A stretch of 64,000 bases of DNA from Minisyncoccia bacterium (GCA_038326985.1 JBBQKQ010000001.1:5943-69942); one strand, 5' to 3'; counted from the stretch's first letter, positions 7,370 to 16,770 are shown. The notes: generated from the letters alone by a model not told the origin. Program-made: numbers and translations.

Positions 7370-8479
7370 TTAATTTATAGTTTCTCGATTTTTAGAATAA
7401 TTTTTATTTGTAAAGTAAATAATTTCTATCAATGACACGAAAAGGAAAAATAGAAAGTAGAAAGAATTTCTGTTATCACCTAAACCCGTATTGGGCATAT
7501 TTGGTAATGTGCTTGGAGAATTTTCTCCATTTAAATCTCCTGTCGTAGAAGCCCCTAAGACAGTTGGAACACTAGGAATATTTGAAACTGTGCTTCCACC
7601 ACCTAACTGCACAGGAACAATTACAGGTGTCACATTACCTACTCCGCCAAATGTCGGAATAACAATACTTCCTCCCCCACCTCCGCCTCCGCCACCAGCA
7701 CTTACAATAATAGTAGCTGGAATTGATGTTGTAGAAACAGAAGTTGTAGCTATTGTAGAAGTTGCTAAAGTAGAAGTTGCAATTGTTGAAGTAGCAATAG
7801 TACTAGTTGGTGTTGTGGTTGCAATTGAGGTTGAACTTATTTCTGAAACCTTAACAGCATCTAAATAAGTACCTAATGCATTTGGAACTCCTAAATCTGT
7901 GAATTCAAGCCTTGTTGTGCTTGCTGTAGCAATCACATCATAACTTTTTAATATCCACTCAATGTTTGTATGACTAATATTTGTTGAAGAAACTGTGTCT
8001 AAAGTTGAACTACTCCATTTTATACGTAAAACATTTTGTGTAGAATCTGGAGCATCAGGTCGAGCAGCAAATGCAAAACTAATAATATAATGTAGTCCGA
8101 GAACAGTGGGTAAGTCCTGCCAAATATTTATAGAAGCCGGATTTGATTGTGAAGGAAAATTTGGACCGAACCAATCTGAGTCAAGCTCTGCGTACTGATT
8201 ACCAGAGTAAGCCGTGTAGCCTAAGTGACCTGTTTTTTGAAGTTCCAAATTTGCAACTACTGGTCGAGTGGTTGGATTATAAGTATTTGCTCCACCAAAC
8301 CACTCTACATTCCAACCTAGTCCTGAAGTACCACTTGGGAATATATCCCATTTGTCTGCATGGGTAATGACTGGTGTTTCAAAATCATTATTCAATACCG
8401 GTATAGTAGTTGTTGCCGCAAAAGTACTAGTTGTCGCACATAAAAAGAAAACTGCAGAATTTATTATTTTATTTTTCAT
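7370..8479 (-). CDS. cell-surface protein with a C-terminal sortase sorting signal (MPNTG)
   Basis: 369 aa with a signal peptide. N-terminal beta-sandwich resembling DUF642/galactose-binding-like (NNDFETP...GWNVEW...GNQYAELDS...GTYLDAV). T/S/I-rich linker, then a Gly run encoded at about 7675-7701. LPNMPNTG is followed by a hydrophobic helix and a basic tail. Adjacent to the sortase. Confidence 0.7.
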   Translation of the reverse strand: MKNKIINSAVFFLCATTSTFAATTTIPVLNNDFETPVITHADKWDIFPSGTSGLGWNVEWFGGANTYNPTTRPVVANLELQKTGHLGYTAYSGNQYAELDSDWFGPNFPSQSNPASINIWQDLPTVLGLHYIISFAFAARPDAPDSTQNVLRIKWSSSTLDTVSSTNISHTNIEWILKSYDVIATASTTRLEFTDLGVPNALGTYLDAVKVSEISSTSIATTTPTSTIATSTIATSTLATSTIATTSVSTTSIPATIIVSAGGGGGGGGGSIVIPTFGGVGNVTPVIVPVQLGGGSTVSNIPSVPTVLGASTTGDLNGENSPSTLPNMPNTGLGDNRNSFYFLFFLFVSLIEIIYFTNKNYSKNRETIN

Positions 8480-8501
8480 AGTTTTTTACTCTTTTATAAT
8501 T

Positions 8502-11495
8502 TTAATTATTTATTAATTTATACTCTTTTAGAAGCATTCCTTCTGAGAAGGATTTTGTTTGCACTAGTTGATAATGTTCATCAAAATAATTCTCAATTTT
8601 AGATTGATACCCCTGGTCATAACTTAGGAGGAGCCACAAATGGCTGTGGCCAGATACAATTTTTCCAGCCTCCGTTGGCAATGTTTTTTCGTCAAACGGA
8701 GGAATGGGCCCTGCGACACTCCTGTCCCACAGGGGTAAAGTAGTTATGAGCGTATTTCCATGGTAGTAATAAAGAAACGGAAAAATTATAAATGGTGCAG
8801 ATAAAGTTATTACATCTTCTTCACTTGCATAACGCTCTATATATGCTGTAGCTTCTTTATAGTTTTCTTTAACTGGTGTTTGTGCATTATTAATTTCCAA
8901 TGAAAGCGTAAACAACATTACAGCAACTAATCCAAATCTTGCAAATCTTGCAACTACCGGCCTATAAGTAGAAAACATCCAGGATACTAAAATATAAAGT
9001 GATGGTGCAGTGAATATAAGATATCTACTTAAAAATACTGGTTTGTAAAAAATACTTATTGCAAATGATATTGCAACTGGTACAATAAAACTCAAGAGGA
9101 AATAAAATGTTTCAGGTGAACTTTTTTGTCTTTTTTGTAAGAACATAAAAACTAACAATACTATGATTGGCCAAAAAGAAACTAGAATGGTATTGGTATC
9201 AGGCGTTTGAAAACCAAATAAAAACTGTGAAAAAGTGTTAAAAAGGTCAACTGTCGTAGGCTGTATAAGTCCAGGTTGAGAGTTACTTGCACTTCCCAGG
9301 GACTTCACATAATAAATCCAAGGTAGAAACCCTAATGCAACTAACCCGCCAGAAATTATAAATTTTTTAAATGATCCCTCAGGAAATATTTTAGTGTTTA
9401 AAAAATAAAATATAACTTGTGTGATTATGAATAAGGAAAAAAAGTAATGTACATACATACCGATAATAGAAATTAACGTATACCCTATCCAGACTTTTTT
9501 ACTAGGATTTTTCCAAAGTGAAACAAATAGATATTGACTCAAAAGAACCAAAAAAACAAACATGGTGTACATTCGAATTTCACTTCCATACCAGTTCATA
9601 AAAGCCGAGGCCGCAAGTAATATTGATGCGTATATACCAACATTACTATTATAAGCGCGCTTACCAACAAAATAAATTAAAACTATTGAAGCTAGAAAAA
9701 AAATGAGTGAGAGGAGTCTTGCAACTTCGATACTATCACCTAGAAAATAGCGCCAAATGTATAAAGTAAAGTGGTAAAGTGGTACGTGCACATCTTGACC
9801 TATAAGGTTTAATATTTTGGCAGGTGAATGTGAAGTTTGCCAAAGACTTTGTGATTCATCCAGTCTTAAACTTTGTAAACTAAAAACAATTTTTGAAAGT
9901 AATGCTGCGAATATTAGCAATCCTGATATGATTACATTACTTTGAAAACTAGAAATAGTTTTAACTTTAGTTATCACTTTTTGAAGTTCTGTTTTTTTGG
10001 TTTGTGGCAATGCTGCATAAATAAAAGGTACGAATATTCCTATATTTAGAAGTGCCCATGCAGTATTAGTAAAAAATGAAGCTGTAAAACCTTCTCTAAA
10101 ATATGAATATCCTACTCCAACTATTACTAATACTATATAAGAAATTTGGGGTATTACTAGCTTTATAAAGTTACCTTCAACAGCTTTTTTAGAAGTAACT
10201 TCGAACTTTGATTTCTTATTTGTTAGTGCTGCCCATAAAGCCTTTATATGTATGTTAAAACCAGAGTTTGAAAAACATAGTGAAGAAAAGGTAAACGAAT
10301 AGTTTGTTGACTGCTCAAGCAATAATAAGGTTAGAAAGATATATGGTAAGAATACTGAAGCAAGAAGCATTGTTGAGGAAACTATGGGTACGGCACCAGT
10401 GAAAAAATAAATCAGTGGAATACAAGCATCTATTACAACTACTATGCCTGATAAAAAGAAACACACAGAAGACATATATTGTAAGCGTTGTTTAAACGTA
10501 AGTCCATGTGTTTTATTTTTTCTTGAAAAAATGCCCCGAAAAATAATATTATGTTTGAAAATAACGTCCAGTGCTCCCCGGGCCCATCTAAATTGTTGAT
10601 TAAAATAAGACAGGAAGTCTTCAGGTGCTAAACCTTCCGCTAAAACCTCTGGTACGTAAACCGATTTATATTTTCTTTCATGTAAAAGTATTCCTGTTAA
10701 TAAATCTTCGGCAATTGATGCTTCCCACATGCCCCCGACTTCGCTCAGTGCGAGCCTCGATAAAACCATATTTGTACCACACATAGTAGCACTGTTGTCA
10801 CGATTTTTACCTTTACAAATTGGACCAAAGAAAAGCTCTTGTTGTTCCCAAGCACTTTCAGTAATAATGTTTACATCAGAGTTTTTATAAAATTGAGGTG
10901 TTTGAACATATGCTACTTTTTCGTCTGCGAAATAAAGCATTGTTTTCTTTAAAAAGTCAGTATGAGGAACATGATCAGCATCAAAAATAGTAATATATGG
11001 TGCACTTGTTTTACTGATTGCATGATTTATATTACCTGCTTTTGCACCTCCGGGAATTGTACGAGTAATACTAGTAACGCCATGTTTTAAAGCAAGCTCG
11101 TCAATTTCTTGCCAATTATCTTTGGATGCAACTAACCCATCATTTAAAATAAATATTTTAAAATTTGGATAGTCCATTTTTTTTGCAGCTATTATTGTTT
11201 CTTCAACTATTTGGACTGGCTCCCCACATACTGTTATAAAGACATCTACAGGTTGAGAAAAATTTGGGTCTTTAATTTCTGGCATGTATTCCGTATTCCA
11301 AATAGTGTAAAGAAAGGTCATAAATTGAAAAACATGAAAAACTTCTCCAAATATTAATAAGTAAAATACTATAGAATTACTTACAACAAATGTAAAAGCA
11401 ATGATATAAAAATATATTAACGTAAGAAGTACAGCAGAAAGAATGAGGATTTTATTTACTTTAGTTTGTAAAAACTTTTCACGAGGGTTTTGCAT
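8502..11495 (-). CDS. fusion protein: processive GT2 beta-glycan (cellulose-synthase-like) synthase plus C-terminal GT-C (ArnT/PMT-like, COG1807-type) domain
   Basis: 997 aa. N-terminal half has BcsA/CesA-type motifs: DVFITVCGEP, ILNDG, ITIFDADHVP, VQTPQFY, AEDLLTG, QQFRWARG (QxxRW). No PilZ domain was seen. From about residue 545: LRLDESQSLW...VPLYHFTLYIWRYFLGDSIEVARLLSLIFF, a multi-TM region typical of GT-C enzymes that use lipid-linked sugars. Confidence 0.8.
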   Translation of the reverse strand: MQNPREKFLQTKVNKILILSAVLLTLIYFYIIAFTFVVSNSIVFYLLIFGEVFHVFQFMTFLYTIWNTEYMPEIKDPNFSQPVDVFITVCGEPVQIVEETIIAAKKMDYPNFKIFILNDGLVASKDNWQEIDELALKHGVTSITRTIPGGAKAGNINHAISKTSAPYITIFDADHVPHTDFLKKTMLYFADEKVAYVQTPQFYKNSDVNIITESAWEQQELFFGPICKGKNRDNSATMCGTNMVLSRLALSEVGGMWEASIAEDLLTGILLHERKYKSVYVPEVLAEGLAPEDFLSYFNQQFRWARGALDVIFKHNIIFRGIFSRKNKTHGLTFKQRLQYMSSVCFFLSGIVVVIDACIPLIYFFTGAVPIVSSTMLLASVFLPYIFLTLLLLEQSTNYSFTFSSLCFSNSGFNIHIKALWAALTNKKSKFEVTSKKAVEGNFIKLVIPQISYIVLVIVGVGYSYFREGFTASFFTNTAWALLNIGIFVPFIYAALPQTKKTELQKVITKVKTISSFQSNVIISGLLIFAALLSKIVFSLQSLRLDESQSLWQTSHSPAKILNLIGQDVHVPLYHFTLYIWRYFLGDSIEVARLLSLIFFLASIVLIYFVGKRAYNSNVGIYASILLAASAFMNWYGSEIRMYTMFVFLVLLSQYLFVSLWKNPSKKVWIGYTLISIIGMYVHYFFSLFIITQVIFYFLNTKIFPEGSFKKFIISGGLVALGFLPWIYYVKSLGSASNSQPGLIQPTTVDLFNTFSQFLFGFQTPDTNTILVSFWPIIVLLVFMFLQKRQKSSPETFYFLLSFIVPVAISFAISIFYKPVFLSRYLIFTAPSLYILVSWMFSTYRPVVARFARFGLVAVMLFTLSLEINNAQTPVKENYKEATAYIERYASEEDVITLSAPFIIFPFLYYYHGNTLITTLPLWDRSVAGPIPPFDEKTLPTEAGKIVSGHSHLWLLLSYDQGYQSKIENYFDEHYQLVQTKSFSEGMLLKEYKLINN

Positions 11496-11503
11496 AAAAT
11501 TTT

Positions 11504-12736
11504 TTACTTATTATATGGAATATAATTTTTTGCTAAATTTGGTAGTTGGCCATTATATAAAGAAATAGCAAACCAAGTCCAATTGTCATCATAATAACTT
11601 AGTTGGGTTTTCCAGTCGTTTATATCAATGTCATAAAGGTAAACTATTTTTTTGTCGTAAATTTCTTTAGCTGATGCTTTGTCCATTATCCAAAAATACC
11701 CAAATGAACCCGCATACATTGCTGGTGATTCTTTTTCGGAAACTATTCCACCGTTATGTAAATATACACTTGCTAATTTCTTTCTAGACTTCCATTCATT
11801 TCCTAAAAATCCCAATCTACTTAGATAGTTTTTTGCCCTTGGGTCACCAAACCACTCATAATCAAGCGCAATTCTAAATGGAACCCGCAATGCATCATAA
11901 GAATAATTTGTTGTATTAGTTGTATTTAAATCATTACTATTTGGTACAATCTCTCCAGAAGATTTACTAATAGTTAGCCAATCAGGTGGAAGAGATGCTG
12001 AAGATTCTTTATCAAGCTTATCCTCAGTTGATCGCAGTAAAAGCCCATAGGAGCTATCAACCAAATCATTCCAGTTGTGAGTAGGGTCAACTTTAGCAAA
12101 TATTTTGTAAGCGTAAGGAGAAAAATAAGAAACATTTATTACATAATTTTCTTTGGCTAAATATTCTATGTCGTCTGCCGCAAGATATGGAACATTTTTA
12201 ATTTGAACAACATCATATTTCCACATGTCATTTAATATATTTTTTGCTTGTTCTAAATACCTTGGGTCTCCCCATCTTTCACTTGCAAATATAAGCGCAA
12301 GTGCAATATCACTATCAGCATCACTTGCAGTATTTTGGCCACCTCTTTCTGTTATTATTCCATAAGTACCATCAATTTTTTTTCCATAAAGCCACGAGAA
12401 AAGATTGTCATTTTCCCTTTTTAAATTCTGATTTGCCCATGTAAGAGTTTTTTCAAAAGTTACCTTATCATCTGAATATACTGCACGCAAAAGTGAATAA
12501 CTTATACCCTCTGAAGTTGTAATATCTCCAGATTGTCTATCAAGTGTTCTTCCACTCTCAACTTCTATGTAGTTCTTTTTATAATTATTCCAAATAAAAG
12601 AAAGCGCATCTTTGGGTGCAAATAGTCTCGTTTGATCAGGATATTTACTATTTAAAAACAATGCATAAACCGCTACTAAGAATGCTAAGGTGATGAATAT
12701 CACTCCAAGATTTTCTCTAGAAATATCTTTTATCAT
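11504..12736 (-). CDS. glycoside hydrolase family 8 (BcsZ-like endoglucanase), membrane-anchored
   Basis: 410 aa. Perfect GH8 signature ASDADSDIALALIFASERW. TSEGISYSLL catalytic-Glu region. N-terminal TM helix. Confidence 0.9.
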   Translation of the reverse strand: MIKDISRENLGVIFITLAFLVAVYALFLNSKYPDQTRLFAPKDALSFIWNNYKKNYIEVESGRTLDRQSGDITTSEGISYSLLRAVYSDDKVTFEKTLTWANQNLKRENDNLFSWLYGKKIDGTYGIITERGGQNTASDADSDIALALIFASERWGDPRYLEQAKNILNDMWKYDVVQIKNVPYLAADDIEYLAKENYVINVSYFSPYAYKIFAKVDPTHNWNDLVDSSYGLLLRSTEDKLDKESSASLPPDWLTISKSSGEIVPNSNDLNTTNTTNYSYDALRVPFRIALDYEWFGDPRAKNYLSRLGFLGNEWKSRKKLASVYLHNGGIVSEKESPAMYAGSFGYFWIMDKASAKEIYDKKIVYLYDIDINDWKTQLSYYDDNWTWFAISLYNGQLPNLAKNYIPYNK

Positions 12737-12744
12737 AAATTTGA

Positions 12745-13827
12745 TTAGTCTAGTGTGTAAGGAATTGTGTTTTCTCCTTCAATACTATTCATAAAGTTTC
12801 TAGATCGTCCTCTACTTAAAACTTTAATCTGTTTTAGAGCCGGGGCTACAACAAAACCACCTACAAAATCTATTCCTAGTGACACTAAAATAATTCCAAG
12901 GGTTAACATTTCTCCAAACTGGTTTTTGGAAAATTGCTGTCTTGCATATACCTCACTCACACCGTCTGCATATACTGTACCTCCAAATATTTCACTAGGA
13001 AATATAGCACCAGTTGCTACAAAAGTAATTCCTCCAAAAATTATTAAGTTTAAAAGTACAGGTGTAACAACTGAAGGTTTTTTGATGATGTCATATTTTC
13101 CGAGTAATTTTCTAAAAGTTATAATTGCTAAATCTTTTAGAGAATCCACATATGAGAATAAACTTACAGTTGACCCTACAGGATTATTAAAAACAACAGG
13201 AAGTTCTTTAATTTGGTAATTATTTTTTCTTGCAATTACCAATGCTTCGATATCAAAAGCAAATCTAAAAATAGTTGTTTTTGAGAATACCGCCTCAGCA
13301 GCTCTTTTAGTAAAAAGTTTAAATCCACGTTGGGTATCTTTAATTCCAGGTGTTGCCAAAAGCTCTACAGGTTTTTTAGAAAGTTTACCTAAAAAATTTC
13401 TTAAAAAACCGTTGTTTTCTTTCTTCACTGATCCCTCTTCCAATAGTTCAATTGAGCCAATTACCACGTCACTTTTGCCAGTTCCATTTCCACAATTTTC
13501 TAAAAATTTATCCAAGTGAGAAATATCCACAGAATTATCTGCATCCATAAAAAGTCTGTATTCACCCACCGCTTCAAGCATTCCAGTTTTTACAGCATAT
13601 CCTTTTCCTTGATTTTTTTGATAACTAACCAATTTCAAATTATCAACTTTTCTCTTATACTCACTAATAACTTCAGATAAATTATCTGGAGATCCATCAT
13701 TAACAACAATTATTTCATAAGTATAACTCTTATTTTTAAAGTAATTATTAAGAGAAACCAGCGTAGACCCAATCCTCTTAGACTCCTTATAAGCTGGTAT
13801 AATTACCGATACAAAAATTTTATTCAT
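12745..13827 (-). CDS. GT2 polyprenyl-phosphate hexosyltransferase (GtrB / dolichyl-phosphate glucosyltransferase-like)
   Basis: 360 aa. VIIPAYKES, VVNDGSPD, FMDADNS (DxD), then C-terminal TM helices. Confidence 0.85.
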   Translation of the reverse strand: MNKIFVSVIIPAYKESKRIGSTLVSLNNYFKNKSYTYEIIVVNDGSPDNLSEVISEYKRKVDNLKLVSYQKNQGKGYAVKTGMLEAVGEYRLFMDADNSVDISHLDKFLENCGNGTGKSDVVIGSIELLEEGSVKKENNGFLRNFLGKLSKKPVELLATPGIKDTQRGFKLFTKRAAEAVFSKTTIFRFAFDIEALVIARKNNYQIKELPVVFNNPVGSTVSLFSYVDSLKDLAIITFRKLLGKYDIIKKPSVVTPVLLNLIIFGGITFVATGAIFPSEIFGGTVYADGVSEVYARQQFSKNQFGEMLTLGIILVSLGIDFVGGFVVAPALKQIKVLSRGRSRNFMNSIEGENTIPYTLD

Positions 13828-13857
13828 AAGTTCTAAGACGTACGAAAAACGAAAAAA

Positions 13858-14286
13858 TTACTTGAAAACTATGTATTTGTAGCCAATGTAGTTCCAAATC
13901 ATCACAGTTAGGGTACCTATAACAGCTGAAATATTGCCCACTATTTGGTTTTGTTGAGGTAGCAAATTTATCAGAATTCCGAAGGCAAAAGTCGATATAA
14001 GAACGTTAATTAAAAACCCTACCCCACTCACACCAAAGAATAATATTTTTTGTTTGGAGCTTTTCTCTGGCTGATCGGTTTTTTTCTCCTCAAACACCCA
14101 ATATTTGTTCAAAAAGTAGCTATTTATTACCGCAGCTATAAATGATAAAGCTTTAAAAGCTGTAAAATACATATTATTCTCACCAGTTCCAAACAAATAA
14201 ATCAACACATTTAAAACTGCCAAATCTACGGCAGTATTGATTCCCCCAACAAATACGAATTTGATTATTTGTTTTAACATAAACAA
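13858..14286 (-). CDS. GtrA-family membrane protein (lipid-linked sugar translocation)
   Basis: 142 aa, 4 TM helices. N-terminal IKFVFVGGINTAVDLAVLNVL and C-terminal WNYIGYKYIVF are typical of GtrA. Confidence 0.85.
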   Translation of the reverse strand: MFMLKQIIKFVFVGGINTAVDLAVLNVLIYLFGTGENNMYFTAFKALSFIAAVINSYFLNKYWVFEEKKTDQPEKSSKQKILFFGVSGVGFLINVLISTFAFGILINLLPQQNQIVGNISAVIGTLTVMIWNYIGYKYIVFK

Positions 14287-14400
14287 TTTTCTTTTTTTTA
14301 TTATACATCATTAATTATAAAATGAAAATATTTTTTTAATAAAAACTCATTTTAAAACAAATTTACAACTTTAGAGATTTGTGGTAAAATGTTTCGACAT

Positions 14401-14472
14401 GGTGGCTATGGTGTAGTGGTAGCACTAGGGTTTGTGGAACCCTCAGTTCGGGATCGATACCCGATAGTCACC
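14401..14472 (+). tRNA. tRNA-His (GUG), with encoded G-1
   Basis: Folds as a cloverleaf. G-1 plus GUGGCUA pairs with UAGUCAC plus C73. Anticodon stem AGGGU/ACCCU, loop UUGUGGA. T arm UCGGG-AUCGAUA-CCCGA. CCA is not encoded. Confidence 0.9.
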
Positions 14473-14507
14473 CAAATAGGTTGCTTTTTTAATATTTATA
14501 TTTTATT

Positions 14508-14768
14508 TTATAAAAAAAGATAAGATATTAACAGTACAACTGGCAGACACAAAATTAGAGGTAATAGTACTAAAAAATTTGTCTTTCCTCCTTTTGTAAG
14601 AAATGGTTCTCTCGTTAAACTCATTGATAAAAAAAATATTTGTGGAACACTGAAAATTACTAAAAGGAAGGACATAAATTGAAAAGATTCGGAATACTGT
14701 GAAAAATTCCGCTCAGGGATTTTTAGGAGAATGCTTATAGGCCATACTATTTGTGAGGTCTGGGGATA
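14508..14768 (-). pseudogene. 5'-truncated third copy of the small membrane-protein family at 14769-15653
   Basis: The frame directly continuing past the TGA stop of 14769..15212 stays open for 86 codons. It reads ...KIPERNFSQYSESFQFMSFLLVIFSVPQIFFLSMSLTREPF...LLPLILCLPVVLLISYLFL, which aligns with the C-terminal two-thirds of the two upstream paralogues. It has no start codon of its own near the 5' end. Confidence 0.45.
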
Positions 14769-15212
14769 TCACAAAACAATAAGATGAATAACAATTATTG
14801 TAAGTGGAAGGGAAATAATAAATAGTGCAAATAATAAATAATCTACTTTGTTGGCTTTTTTACTTCTATTATTGAAATTAAATAGTCTGTTTCTCATACT
14901 TAGAAAGAGAGAAAGGAGCTGAGAAATACCAAGTATCCCCACAAAAAATTGTCCATAGGAAAATATACTACCTTGTAAATCAAAGACTGACGTAGGTATA
15001 TTAAAAATATATTGAAAAGCAGAGACTATAAACCAATAACAAGAAGATATATAATCTAATAAGGATAGATATCTACCCCCAGAGTGTTCATTAGAAAATA
15101 AATACGGTCCAAGAAATAGAGCGAGAAAAATCCAAAAGAAATAATTTTTACTAAGTGAAATAACTTTTTCTTTTACTTTTTTCATATTTATTAATCTACA
15201 GTTTAACGACAT
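14769..15212 (-). CDS. small multi-TM membrane protein, paralogue 1 (unknown function)
   Basis: 147 aa. KEKVISLSKNYFFWIFLALFLGPYL matches the neighbour's KEKVIAISKNIFFWIFLTLFLGPYL. The likely true start is MKKVKEK, near 15185. Confidence 0.55.
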   Translation of the reverse strand: MSLNCRLINMKKVKEKVISLSKNYFFWIFLALFLGPYLFSNEHSGGRYLSLLDYISSCYWFIVSAFQYIFNIPTSVFDLQGSIFSYGQFFVGILGISQLLSLFLSMRNRLFNFNNRSKKANKVDYLLFALFIISLPLTIIVIHLIVL

Positions 15213-15227
15213 ATGGATCTTGGAGAT

Positions 15228-15653
15228 TTATGAGGTTATGAGAATTATAAGTACAACAAACAAAGCAAATGGTAATGAAATAAAAAATAATAAAAGCAAT
15301 AAGAAATCAGTCATTGTCCTTATTCTTGTTTCATTAATTGCTAGTTTTTTTATAAAAATGAACAGACTGAGTAATTGTGATATACCCAATAACCCTACAA
15401 AAATTAATTCGGTAGAAAAAAAATTATAGCTATAGTTAAAAACTGTTTGAGGAATATTGAAATAATTTTCAATTGGAATAAATACAAACCAATAACAAGC
15501 TAAAATATAATCTTTGAATGATAAAATCTTCTCACTGTGGTGAATTTGTGACATGAAGTGGGACCCCAAATACGGTCCAAGAAATAGAGTGAGAAAAATC
15601 CAAAAGAAAATATTTTTACTAATTGCAATAACTTTTTCTTTTATACTTTTCAT
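15228..15653 (-). CDS. small multi-TM membrane protein, paralogue 2 (unknown function)
   Basis: 141 aa, collinear similarity to 14769..15212 throughout. Confidence 0.55.
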   Translation of the reverse strand: MKSIKEKVIAISKNIFFWIFLTLFLGPYLGSHFMSQIHHSEKILSFKDYILACYWFVFIPIENYFNIPQTVFNYSYNFFSTELIFVGLLGISQLLSLFIFIKKLAINETRIRTMTDFLLLLLFFISLPFALFVVLIILITS

Positions 15654-15826
15654 GAATATACTATAATCATAGCATCTTTATTTTATTTATTGTATGTTAA
15701 TAAAACAAATGAAGATTTATTTCCAGGAGACCTTGTTGTCACATTTAGGAAAATATTTTGTAATTTGTTTTTTATACTTACGTCATAAAAGTATAGACAA
15801 TTAACTAAAAACTATAACTAAACTAT

Positions 15827-16681
15827 ATGACTGATATTATCATAAACGGCAGATTACTCGAATTGAAGGATGTAAAAGTATACATAGAAGATACTGGTGG
15901 TTCAGGTCGCCCTGTCGTCTTAATTCATGGTTGGCCACTTTTAGGAAAATCGTGGAAAAAACAAATTCCCGACCTAAAAGAAGCAGGTTATAGAGTTATT
16001 ACTTATGATCGTCGTGGGTTTGGACAAAGCGATAAGCCATCAACAGGATATGATTATGATACTTTGGCGGAAGATCTGTCGGGATTGATCGAAGAACTTG
16101 ATTTGCACGATGTGACCCTTGTTGGGTTTTCTATGGGTGGTGGAGAGGTTGCAAGATATATTACTAATTATGGTGAAGATCGGCTAAAAAGTGTGGTGTT
16201 TGCTAGCTCTGTTACACCTATGATGATGAAAACTCCAGACAATCCTGGTGGGCCACTTGATCCTACAAAAGCAGCAGCTATGACGGACCAACTTATGATA
16301 AATTCTGATACCTTTTACGATAATTTTACTAAACAATTTTTTTCTGCAAACGCCGAAGGTAAAATATTGGTAACAGAAAGTGAATTACAGGAAGCTCTTG
16401 ATTTATGTAAACAGTCCGACAAAGGTGCAGCACTAGAAGCAATGCAGGCTTTTGCAACTACTGACTTCCGGGAAGATCTCAAAAAAATAACTGTACCCAC
16501 TCTTGTTATTCATGGGGATGCGGATGGAACTGTGCCGTATATAGGGTCGGGGGATTTAACACACACGGCAATACCCCAGAGTGAACTTCATCTTATTGTA
16601 GGTGGCCCTCATGGAATTAATGTTAGTCATACTGATCAATTTAATAAAACCATATTAGAGTTTCTTAAAAAATATGATTAA
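15827..16681 (+). CDS. alpha/beta hydrolase, non-haem haloperoxidase/arylesterase-like
   Basis: 284 aa. VVLIHGWPL, YDRRGFGQS, nucleophile elbow GFSMGGGE, and C-terminal HGDADG..P...HG. Visibly more G+C than its neighbours. Confidence 0.85.
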   Translation: MTDIIINGRLLELKDVKVYIEDTGGSGRPVVLIHGWPLLGKSWKKQIPDLKEAGYRVITYDRRGFGQSDKPSTGYDYDTLAEDLSGLIEELDLHDVTLVGFSMGGGEVARYITNYGEDRLKSVVFASSVTPMMMKTPDNPGGPLDPTKAAAMTDQLMINSDTFYDNFTKQFFSANAEGKILVTESELQEALDLCKQSDKGAALEAMQAFATTDFREDLKKITVPTLVIHGDADGTVPYIGSGDLTHTAIPQSELHLIVGGPHGINVSHTDQFNKTILEFLKKYD

Positions 16682-16770
16682 GTAAACCTAATGAACACAG
16701 CACAATAAAATATATTATTTAATAAAACTGGAATATAAATTATTATATTTATTCTTCTTATAATCTTAAT

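Noticed and set aside
7675-7701. GC-rich run (ccgcctccgccacc...) as another mini-element copy
   Set aside because: It encodes the poly-Gly tract of the sortase substrate. It has no hairpin and no similarity to families A or B.
14769-14771. UGA recoding (genetic code 25/4) suggested by the open frame after the TGA
   Set aside because: Long conserved genes (pyrG, the P-type ATPase, the helicase, GH6) are full length under the standard code without internal TGA. TGA also terminates conserved proteins at the expected length (for example pheA). A truncated paralogue explains the open frame.
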